Shown in pieces: positions 43,154-51,056 of a DNA stretch of 62,508 nucleotides. The first letter of the stretch is position 1; every line of letters starts with the position of its first letter. The notes under the pieces were generated by a model that saw nothing but the letters and a program-made list of their open reading frames with translations, was not told where the DNA came from and made no database searches. A program made the translations under genes and the position numbers. This DNA is from Candidatus Eiseniibacteriota bacterium (GTDB taxonomy: Bacteria; Eisenbacteria; RBG-16-71-46; CAZEPH01): assembly GCA_044229145.1 (NCBI GenBank), contig JBGATO010000018.1:1-62508 (forward strand), written 5' to 3'.

Positions 43154-45043
43154 CTACACGTGTGCCGCCAAGAACCCGACGATCTTGCGGTATGCGTCGA
43201 ACATGTTCTCGATCTTCGCGAAGCCATGCCCTTCGTCGCCGTACAACAAGAACTCGCACGCCTGCCCGCGTGCGGCGAGCGCGTCGTGCACTTGCTGCGA
43301 TTCGTCGGCGGGACAGCGCGGGTCATTGTTGCCGGCCACCAGCATGAGCGGCGCGGTGATCCGGTCGATGAAGAAGATCGGCGAGCGGTCGCGGTAGCGC
43401 GCGGCGGCCTCGGCGTCGGCGGGATCGCCCATCGTCGCGAGGTCGTATTGGCGCAGCAGCGGGTCTTCGTGCTCGAGTTCGGTGAACCAGTTCACGAACG
43501 GGAACATGGCGATGCCGGCGGCCCACACCTCCGGCGTCTTGGTCACCGCGCACATCGTGAGATAGCCGCCGTACGAGCCGCCGCCCACCGCGATGCGCGT
43601 CGCGTCGACGTAACCGGTGCGCACGAGGAAGTGCGCGCCCTCGACGACGTCGGCGAGATCGCCGCCACCCATGTCGAAGCGGTTCGCGTCCATGAACGCC
43701 TTGCCGTAGCCGGTCGAGCCGCGGTAGTTGAGCGTGAGCACGACGTAGCCCTGGTTGACGAAGTACTGGACGGCGCGGTTGAAGTGATTGACCGATTGCG
43801 CGGCGGGGCCGCCGTGCACCCAGACGATCGCCGGATGCGAGCCGTCGGGCTGCGCGTTCCACGGCACGTAGAGGAAACCGCTGATCGAGAGATCGTCGCG
43901 CGAGTCGTAGTGCACCGCGTACGGTTCGACCATGTCGGCGGGATTGACACCGCCGACGAACGAGTGCGTGAGGCGCATCGAGGTGCCGCCGAGGAAGTCG
44001 TAGACGTAGGCGTCGCCCGGCGAGTCGGCGGCGCTGCGGTAGTAGAGCAGGCGCCGTCCACCGCGCGACCACGACGACGAGCAACCGTCGAAGCCGCAGT
44101 ATCCGCTGCCGACGTCGAGCCGCGTCGAGCGGTCCGCCTCGACCTCGTACACGTACAGTTCGCCCTGGCCGTCGCGGTTGGCTTCATAGGTGAGGTACGA
44201 GCCGTCGGGGCTGAAGCCGCCGCTCGCCATCTCCCACACGTCGTCGGTGATCCAGCGCACGTGCGACGTCGTCTCGCGGCGCACGTCGTCGGCGAGCGCG
44301 GCCGGCAGGTCGAGCAACGCGACGTTGTCGTGGCCGTTCTTGGCGTTCGACGTGAGCAGTACCCAGCGGCCATCGGGCGAAATATCGCTCGGCGACCACA
44401 CCTCCTCGCCCTCATGCGGCGTCAGCACGCGGATCTCGCCGCTGTCGAGGTGCACGAGCACCGCGTCGCCATCCTTGCCGCTGGCGAACTCGCGCGAACA
44501 CAGAAGCCAGCGCGAGTCCGGCACGAACGCGCACGGCGACAGCGACACGTCGGGATCGCCGAGCGCGGTGACGCGGCGCAGCGCGCACGTCTCGACGTCG
44601 ATCAACGCGATCTCGTAGTTCGCCTCGTCCTGGCGCTTCACGCAGCAGGCGATCGACCGTGAGTCCGGCGACCACAGCGGCGATTCCTCGCTGATGTCCG
44701 GCGTCTGCGTGAGGTTGGTCACCGCGCCGTTGGCGACATCGACGAGGAAGATGTCCCACTGCTCGTTGGCGTCGTTGTCGCTGACGAAGGCGAGGTAGCG
44801 GCCGTCCGGCGACCACGTCGGCTCTTCCTGGCGCTGCTCGGAGATCGTGAGCTGCGTCGGCCAGCCGCCGGTGGACGGCACCAGCCAAATGTTGTCGCGC
44901 CCGGAGATGTTCGCCACGAACGCCACGTGCACGCCGTCGGGTGACCACTCGGCGTCGCCGAGCGCGCGGGTGGCGAAGAACTGTTCGATGCCGTAGCGCT
45001 GCACGTTGTCGCGCAGGCGCGGCGGGAACTGAGGTGCGGACAT
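43154..45043 (-). CDS. S9 family peptidase with PD40/TolB-like propeller
   Basis: WSPDG repeats; VHGGP, NYRGSTGYG, GGSYGG, NDPRC, EGHGF catalytic triad. Confidence 0.93.
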   Translation of the reverse strand: MSAPQFPPRLRDNVQRYGIEQFFATRALGDAEWSPDGVHVAFVANISGRDNIWLVPSTGGWPTQLTISEQRQEEPTWSPDGRYLAFVSDNDANEQWDIFLVDVANGAVTNLTQTPDISEESPLWSPDSRSIACCVKRQDEANYEIALIDVETCALRRVTALGDPDVSLSPCAFVPDSRWLLCSREFASGKDGDAVLVHLDSGEIRVLTPHEGEEVWSPSDISPDGRWVLLTSNAKNGHDNVALLDLPAALADDVRRETTSHVRWITDDVWEMASGGFSPDGSYLTYEANRDGQGELYVYEVEADRSTRLDVGSGYCGFDGCSSSWSRGGRRLLYYRSAADSPGDAYVYDFLGGTSMRLTHSFVGGVNPADMVEPYAVHYDSRDDLSISGFLYVPWNAQPDGSHPAIVWVHGGPAAQSVNHFNRAVQYFVNQGYVVLTLNYRGSTGYGKAFMDANRFDMGGGDLADVVEGAHFLVRTGYVDATRIAVGGGSYGGYLTMCAVTKTPEVWAAGIAMFPFVNWFTELEHEDPLLRQYDLATMGDPADAEAAARYRDRSPIFFIDRITAPLMLVAGNNDPRCPADESQQVHDALAARGQACEFLLYGDEGHGFAKIENMFDAYRKIVGFLAAHV

Positions 45044-45069
45044 GACGTCTCCTCGCGGTCGCGCGGCGC

Positions 45070-46479
45070 TTACGCCAGCGGCGGCCGCAACTGGTGGAAC
45101 GACGTGCGGGACTGATAGAGATCGCCGAGCATCAACAGCGTCGCCTCGTCGTACGGCGCGCCGACGATCTGGAAGCCGAGCGGCATACGCTCGCGGCCGA
45201 TGCCCATCGGCAATGCCAGCGCCGGCAGACCGCACATGTTGCCGATGCCACCGATCGGATCGTCGTAGGCGAGGTACTGGTTCATGTCCTCGTCCACCGG
45301 CGGCGCGATCGACAAGAAGTTGGGAGCCAGGATGACGTCGTACTTGTCGAAGAAGCCAGCCATCTTGTGCTGCATTTCGGTGCGCATGCGCCACGCCTTG
45401 ACGATGTCGGCGCCGCTCAGATCGGCGTTGATCTCCCATTGGTACGGCGCGAACGGATCGTGCATCCGCGACACCGAACCGTCACGGTGGAACGGTTCGA
45501 ATGCGGACAGCGCCTCGGCCGTGATGAGCAACCCAGCGACGAGATTCGCCGGATACTCGGGCAGCGTTGCTTCCTCGGTCTGCAAACCCGCCGTGCGCAG
45601 CGTCGCGAGCGCCATGTCGAACGCCTGCTTCGACTCCTGCTCGGCGCCCTTCTGCGAGTAGTCGGGGCGCAGCACGGCCGCCTTGATCGACTGCATGGGC
45701 CGCGCCGCCAGCATGCCGAGGTCGATCGGTTCGTCGACGGTGTGCGGATCGCGCGCGTCGTGTCCGGCGATGGCCGCGAAGACCAGTCGCGTGTCCGCAC
45801 TGGTCCGGCACATCGGCCCGATCTTGTCGAACGACCAGCTGAGCGCCATCGCACCGTGCCGGCTCACGCGGCCGAACGTCGGGCGCAATCCGGTGACGCC
45901 GCAGAACGCCGATGGACAGAGGATCGAGCCCCAGGTCTCGGTGCCGATGCCGAACGCCACGAGTCCCGCTGCCACCGCCGCGCCGGTGCCGGCCGACGAT
46001 CCGCCGGTCCACCGCTTCGGATTCCACGGGTTGCGCATCGGCCCGCTGCACGATGCGGTGCCGTACGAGTACCCGAGGCCGCCGGCGAATTCCACCATCG
46101 CGAGCTTGCCGAGCATCACCGCGCCGGCATCGTTCAACTTCTCGACGACCGTCGCGTCGTAGTCGAACACCTGCGACGTGCACTGCTCGGCGCCCCACGA
46201 CGTCGGGATGCCTTTCGTCGCCAGCAGATCCTTCACGCCGTACGGAATGCCGTGCAATGGCCCACGGTAACGGCCGTCGGCGATCTCGCGTTCGGCGTCG
46301 CGCGCTTGCTGCCGCGCGAGATCGGCGGTGACGGTCTGGAAGCAGTTGAGCTGCGGATTGTACTTCGCGATGCGCGCGAGATACGCCTCGGTGAGCTCCA
46401 CCGGTGAGAGCGCTTTCGCTTTGATCTGCGCGCCGAGTTCGCGCACCGAGAAGTAGAGGACGTCGTCTGAGATCGCCAT
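45070..46479 (-). CDS. amidase-signature family amidase
   Basis: GPLHGIPYGVKDL, TGGSSAG, GTETWGSILCPS, GLRPTFGRVSRHG; no signal peptide. Confidence 0.9.
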   Translation of the reverse strand: MAISDDVLYFSVRELGAQIKAKALSPVELTEAYLARIAKYNPQLNCFQTVTADLARQQARDAEREIADGRYRGPLHGIPYGVKDLLATKGIPTSWGAEQCTSQVFDYDATVVEKLNDAGAVMLGKLAMVEFAGGLGYSYGTASCSGPMRNPWNPKRWTGGSSAGTGAAVAAGLVAFGIGTETWGSILCPSAFCGVTGLRPTFGRVSRHGAMALSWSFDKIGPMCRTSADTRLVFAAIAGHDARDPHTVDEPIDLGMLAARPMQSIKAAVLRPDYSQKGAEQESKQAFDMALATLRTAGLQTEEATLPEYPANLVAGLLITAEALSAFEPFHRDGSVSRMHDPFAPYQWEINADLSGADIVKAWRMRTEMQHKMAGFFDKYDVILAPNFLSIAPPVDEDMNQYLAYDDPIGGIGNMCGLPALALPMGIGRERMPLGFQIVGAPYDEATLLMLGDLYQSRTSFHQLRPPLA

Positions 46480-46499
46480 GGCGTCGGCTCCTTGTCGCG

Positions 46500-46790
46500 T
46501 TAGCGCGGGCGGCTGGACTTGATCGGACGGAAGCCGAATGCCGGCCACACGTCGCTGTCGACTTTGTGCGCGCGCAGCTTCTCGAGTCCGGCGGCGAGCG
46601 ACTTCTTCTGCGCGGCGATACCGTCGCGGATCACTTTCGGCTGCGCCGGCGCCGCCTTGGCGGCGGCCGTGCGCTTCTTCGCCGGCGCACTCGCCGCGTC
46701 GCCGGCCAGCGCCGCCACCGCGCCCGCGCTCACCAAGCCCACGAACGCGCGGCGCGACACCTTCATCTGCGATTCGTCCTCGTGCGACAT
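46500..46790 (-). CDS. small Tat-signal protein upstream of amidase
   Basis: GGAGG RBS; SRRAFV twin-arginine motif plus h-region; C-terminus LEKLRAHKVDSDVWPAFGFRP. Confidence 0.7.
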   Translation of the reverse strand: MSHEDESQMKVSRRAFVGLVSAGAVAALAGDAASAPAKKRTAAAKAAPAQPKVIRDGIAAQKKSLAAGLEKLRAHKVDSDVWPAFGFRPIKSSRPR

Positions 46791-46815
46791 CGATCCTCCT
46801 CGCATGCGCGACCGG

Positions 46816-47238
46816 CTAGATCGCGTGGCCTTCCATCGTCTCGATGCGGGCGCGCAACTCCGCCGACATCGAGATCGTGCTCTTGGTCGCGTAGTCGTAA
46901 CAGACCTGGATCGTCGACCCTTCGGCGACCAAGCGGCCCGATTCCTTTTCCCACACCTCGTACCGGAAGCGGAATGATTTGGTGCCGATGTGATCGCAGC
47001 GAATGCCGACTTCGAGCACGTCGCTCACCAACGCCTCGCTACGGAAGTCGATGTCGACGTGCGCGAGGATGAACGGCACGCGCTTGTAATCGGGATGCTC
47101 TTGCACGCGCACCCAATACTCCTGGCGCGCGACTTCGAGATACGTGACGTAGACGGCGTTGTTGACGTGACCCATCGCGTCGGTGTCGCGGAAGCGCGGA
47201 CGCACTTCGCAGACGACGCGGAAATCGGACGGCGGCAC
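46816..47238 (-). CDS. acyl-CoA thioesterase (4HBT/YbgC family)
   Basis: RFRDTDAMGHVNNAVYVTYLEVAR; AGGAG then GTG at 47238. Confidence 0.9.
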   Translation of the reverse strand: MPPSDFRVVCEVRPRFRDTDAMGHVNNAVYVTYLEVARQEYWVRVQEHPDYKRVPFILAHVDIDFRSEALVSDVLEVGIRCDHIGTKSFRFRYEVWEKESGRLVAEGSTIQVCYDYATKSTISMSAELRARIETMEGHAI

Positions 47239-47390
47239 GCGAGTCTCCTGGCGGTCGAGGGGCATCGGGGAATGCGCGCGATGGTGACAGAGAGCCAGCC
47301 GGGGAGACAAGCGGGAATGGGCGCGGCGGGACGCCCCCGAGGTGTCCTCTCGGCGTGCTACACTCGTCGTCTCACCACGGGGAGATCGCG

Positions 47391-47972
47391 ATGGAAAGGG
47401 ATCCGGAGATGATCGAGCTGGCGCGGCCGTACAGGTTCACGGTCGCCGACTACCACGCCATGGGCGAGGCGGGCATTTTCGCGGACGGGGCACGGGTGGA
47501 GCTGATCGAGGGGGAGGTGGTGGAGATGTGTCCGATAGGGCCGCATCACGCGGGGATCGTGAATCGTCTGACCATGTTGTTCGCCCGGCGCTTCGGCGAT
47601 CGCGCGATCGTGCAGGTGCAGAACCCGGTGCGGCTCGATGACCACTCCGAGCCACAGCCCGACATCGTGCTGCTGCGCCCGCGCGCCGACTTCTACGCCT
47701 CGGCGCATCCGACTCCTGACGACACACTCCTGGCCATCGAGGTGGCCGAATCGTCGCTCGCCTTCGACCGTAAGGTGAAGGCGCCGCTCTACGCGACGAA
47801 GGGTGTGCCGGAGTTGTGGATCATCGACGTGGCGGGGGAAGCGATCGAGATGTACTCGCAGCCGCAGGACACGAAGGGATACGCGATAATCCGGCGTGCG
47901 CAGCGCGGCGAGTCGATCGCGCTGCCTTTGCCCGGCGCACCGGAGGTCGCGGTGGAAGAGCTGCTCGGCTAG
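47391..47972 (+). CDS. Uma2 (DUF820) family endonuclease
   Basis: RVELIEGE, PIGPHH, EPQPD, IEVAESS...DR..K..LYA..GVPELWIID. Confidence 0.9.
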   Translation: MERDPEMIELARPYRFTVADYHAMGEAGIFADGARVELIEGEVVEMCPIGPHHAGIVNRLTMLFARRFGDRAIVQVQNPVRLDDHSEPQPDIVLLRPRADFYASAHPTPDDTLLAIEVAESSLAFDRKVKAPLYATKGVPELWIIDVAGEAIEMYSQPQDTKGYAIIRRAQRGESIALPLPGAPEVAVEELLG

Positions 47973-48042
47973 CCGCCGAGGACCGCCGGGCAACGCGCGC
48001 GGAGTGGGCACGGCGTCCCGCTTCGCGCAACGCGGCATCGCC

Positions 48043-48900
48043 CTACGACGCGTCGTACTCGTACACGCCGCGCCCGACCTTGCGGCCCAAGCGCCCCGCC
48101 GCGACATACTGCTCGAGCAGCGGACACGGCCGGTACTTCTCGCCGAGCGTGCGGTGCAGATAGCGCAAGATCGACAAGCGCGTGTCGAGCCCGACGAGGT
48201 CCACGAGTTCGAACGGTCCCATCGGGTGATTCAAACCGAGCTTCAGCGCCTTGTCGATGTCGCGCGCCGACGCGATGCCTTCCTGCAGCATGTAGAACGC
48301 TTCGTTGCCGATGGTCGCGTTGACGCGCGTGGTGATGAAACCCGGCGCCTCGCGCACCACGACGCACTCCTTGCCCATCGCCTCGCCGACCGCCACTGCC
48401 GCCGCCACCGCCTCCGCGCTCGACTCCAGCGCATCGACGACTTCCAGCAGCCGCATGCGGTGCACCGGATTGAAGAAGTGCATGCCGACGACCTGCGACG
48501 CGCGCTTCGTCGCGCCCGCCATCTCGGTGATCGACAACGACGACGTGTTCGACGCGAGCACGGCATGGGCCGGCGCCAACGTGTCGAGCTGCGCGAACGT
48601 GTCGATCTTGAGCTGCATGTTCTCGGGAATCGCCTCGATCACCATGTCGGCGTCGCGCGCCGCGTCGGCGAGCGTCGAGACGTACGACATCCGCTCGCAT
48701 GCCGCCGCCGCCGCGCCGGCGTCGAGCTTGCCCGCCGCGACGCCCTTGTCGAGCAGCGATTCGATTTCGCCCTGCGCCTTCGCGAGCGCCGCCGGCGAGC
48801 TGTCGAACAACCGCGTGGCGAATCCGCCCACCGCGCTGACGTACGCGATGCCGCGTCCCATGATGCCGGCGCCGAGGACGCCGATCGTCGATACCTGCAT
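48043..48900 (-). CDS. 3-hydroxybutyryl-CoA/3-hydroxyacyl-CoA dehydrogenase
   Basis: GAGIMGRGIA, EAIPE, ASNTSSLS, GMHFFNP, HPMGPFELVDLVGLD. Confidence 0.93.
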   Translation of the reverse strand: MQVSTIGVLGAGIMGRGIAYVSAVGGFATRLFDSSPAALAKAQGEIESLLDKGVAAGKLDAGAAAAACERMSYVSTLADAARDADMVIEAIPENMQLKIDTFAQLDTLAPAHAVLASNTSSLSITEMAGATKRASQVVGMHFFNPVHRMRLLEVVDALESSAEAVAAAVAVGEAMGKECVVVREAPGFITTRVNATIGNEAFYMLQEGIASARDIDKALKLGLNHPMGPFELVDLVGLDTRLSILRYLHRTLGEKYRPCPLLEQYVAAGRLGRKVGRGVYEYDAS

Positions 48901-48934
48901 GAGTTCCCTCGTGTGGTCGGTGCGGCGGAGCGCG

Positions 48935-49336
48935 CTAGGAGGCGTCCGGCATGTCGGGGTCGTCGCCAGTCTCCGCCTGCCGCTTGGCCTTCGCCGCCTC
49001 GTATTCGCGATCGAAGGCGCGACGCTGCGGATACGCGCGGAACATCGCCGCCGCGTACGCCGCCGCGAAACCGGGCAGCGGCGTGACGATCGCGTGCCAT
49101 GACTCGTTTTCGTACGGCGCCTGGTAGAGGCCGTTGGCGCCGAGGAATTGCACGATCGCCGCGGGCACGCCGCTCACCAGCGCCCAGCGCCACGCGCGCC
49201 GCGGCTCGATGGCCGCGAGCGCGAACGTGATCAGCGCCTGCACGATGATGGGAAGCGGACTGTCGGTGCGCGTGTTGAACCACGCGGTGACGATGCCGGT
49301 CACCGCGGCGATCGACCACAACACGAACGACGGCAC
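48935..49336 (-). CDS. hypothetical membrane protein
   Basis: AGGAG then GTG; four hydrophobic segments. Confidence 0.6.
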   Translation of the reverse strand: MPSFVLWSIAAVTGIVTAWFNTRTDSPLPIIVQALITFALAAIEPRRAWRWALVSGVPAAIVQFLGANGLYQAPYENESWHAIVTPLPGFAAAYAAAMFRAYPQRRAFDREYEAAKAKRQAETGDDPDMPDAS

Positions 49337-49388
49337 GGGCTCGTTCTCCTGGGGGCAACGGGTGGGCGCCGGCAGCCGCCGGCAACGC

Positions 49389-49952
49389 TTAGGGATTCTT
49401 CCCCAGCGCCCACTCGAGCACCAGAGCCAACGCGAGGGTCCCGGCGAGCGCCCCGAGCAGGCCGCTGACGCAGAAGAACAGCGTCTGGCTCTCGCGCTTT
49501 TCGACCTCGCGCAGGGAACGCCCGGCGGCGACGAAACCGCCGCGGCCGCCGTCCACCGCGACGAGGACCGTCGCCATGCGGACCTCGCGGCGTGGCATCC
49601 AGGTCACGGTGTGTCGTCCCAGCCGTTGGGTCAGCGGGAAGAGCCCGGCCGGAAGGGAGGGCGCTGCGCCGTCGAGGAGCCCCGACGCCGCGAGCGCCCG
49701 GCCCTCGGCGTCATACACCGCGATCCACGGCGCCGCGCTGTGCGCGAGGTCGACCGGCGCGCCGCCCGGCAGCACCGCATCCGCGGCGGCACCTGCGGCG
49801 CGGGCACGCGCGGCGTCCTCCGCGAGTTGGATCTGTGGATCGTCGGCACCGTGCCGGTACATCTGCTGCACGCAGACATAGACCAGTCCGCAGAGGATGC
49901 ACAGCGCTGCCGCGAGCGGCAGCCACGTGCGGGCGAGACGGGGCAGGTTCAT
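49389..49952 (-). CDS. conserved hypothetical two-TM protein with periplasmic domain
   Basis: TM, VQQMYRHGADDPQIQLAED, TWMPR..VRMA, VAAGRSLREVEKRE, TM. Confidence 0.75.
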   Translation of the reverse strand: MNLPRLARTWLPLAAALCILCGLVYVCVQQMYRHGADDPQIQLAEDAARARAAGAAADAVLPGGAPVDLAHSAAPWIAVYDAEGRALAASGLLDGAAPSLPAGLFPLTQRLGRHTVTWMPRREVRMATVLVAVDGGRGGFVAAGRSLREVEKRESQTLFFCVSGLLGALAGTLALALVLEWALGKNP

Positions 49953-49974
49953 GGCAAGGCTCTCCATGTGTTGA

Positions 49975-49996
49975 GTACTTTATGGGGCAAAGTCAC
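49975..49996. promoter_or_regulatory. palindromic operator, copy 1
   Basis: GTACTTT-atggggc-AAAGTCAC just upstream of the 49952 start. Confidence 0.65.
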
Positions 49997-50037
49997 GAGA
50001 TCGCAAAAAGCCGCGACGAGTGCGTCGCGGCCTCCGG

Positions 50038-50373
50038 TCAGCGGGTCCGCATCGCCTGGAGGAGCGTCTCCATCTGCTCCAGGTACTTCTCCAGCGCCCG
50101 CCGTCCCGCGGCGGTCAGCCGGTACTCGGTCCGCGGCACGCGCCCCGCGAACGATTTGGTGCACGACAGATAGCCCGCGTCCTCGAGCTTGCGCGCGTGG
50201 ACGCTGAGATTGCCGTCGCTGGTGGCCAGCAGCCCTTTGAGTTCGGTGAAACTGAGCGACGCATTGACCGCCAGCGCACTCACGATGCCGAGTCGCGTGC
50301 GGTCGGCGATCAGCCGTTCGACCTCCGCCGGCACGATGTGCGCCGGCCGCACCGCCTTCGCCCTAGCCGCCAT
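50038..50373 (-). CDS. winged-helix transcriptional regulator (HTH_34/MarR-like)
   Basis: RLGIVSAL, SFTELK, SDGNLSVHARKLEDAGY, PRTEYRLT..GRRA. Confidence 0.9.
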   Translation of the reverse strand: MAARAKAVRPAHIVPAEVERLIADRTRLGIVSALAVNASLSFTELKGLLATSDGNLSVHARKLEDAGYLSCTKSFAGRVPRTEYRLTAAGRRALEKYLEQMETLLQAMRTR

Positions 50374-50977
50374 ATCGCCTCGCGATCACCGCCCCGAACG
50401 CGATGTGCAATCCCCCGAAGCCGATGGCCATCACGAGGGCGCTCCACGCCGCCGGTGCCAGCAATGCCACGCCCCCGCAGGCCAGGAAGCACGCGCCCAT
50501 CACCGGGATCACCCGCACCGAGACTGCGCCAGCGGCGAGGAACGCCGCACCATAGAGCGTCAGCCACACCCCCGGCAGCAGGTGGGGCGCGCCGGCGCGC
50601 ATCACTGCCAGCGTGAGGAGCGCCGCCGCGACGATGGCGGGGGCGAAGATGGAGGCGAAACGCGTGGTGGTGGCGTGGGTGAGCGAGCGCCCGTCGGCAC
50701 GCGTCTTTCGCCACACGGCGATCACGCCAATCAGCACGGCGATGCCACACGCGGCGAACCACGCCGCGAGCCAGCGTGGGGAGCCTGTGTCAGCTCCCGC
50801 GACCGCGGCGGCGAGCAGCGCCACGCAGCCCATCGCCATGCCTCCGACGCCGGGCAGTGCGGTAAATGCGCCCGCGCGCTCCATGGTCGATCGGATGAAG
50901 CGGAGGTCGTCCACCGCCTGGGGATCGGCGGTGTAGAGCGGAATCGGCGGAGGCGGGTCGGCGCGCATGTCACTCAC
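50363..50977 (-). CDS. multi-TM membrane protein coupled to the HTH regulator
   Basis: DDLRFIRSTMER, about six TM segments, GFGGLHIAFG; overlaps the regulator start. Confidence 0.8.
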   Translation of the reverse strand: MSDMRADPPPPIPLYTADPQAVDDLRFIRSTMERAGAFTALPGVGGMAMGCVALLAAAVAGADTGSPRWLAAWFAACGIAVLIGVIAVWRKTRADGRSLTHATTTRFASIFAPAIVAAALLTLAVMRAGAPHLLPGVWLTLYGAAFLAAGAVSVRVIPVMGACFLACGGVALLAPAAWSALVMAIGFGGLHIAFGAVIARRYGG

Positions 50978-51005
50978 GATAGCGGCCGGCGGGCGCGTGC
51001 GTCAA

Positions 51006-51026
51006 GTACTTTGGCATTCAAAGTAC
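51006..51026. promoter_or_regulatory. palindromic operator, copy 2
   Basis: Perfect GTACTTT-ggcattc-AAAGTAC upstream of the membrane protein/regulator operon. Confidence 0.7.
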
Positions 51027-51056
51027 AGCCTCCGCGCCCGCCGACCGCCCGTGAGC

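Noticed and set aside
45070..46479. Calling the amidase gatA
   Set aside because: No gatB is adjacent, and the motif GTETWGSI differs from the GatA GSDTGGSIRQP motif.
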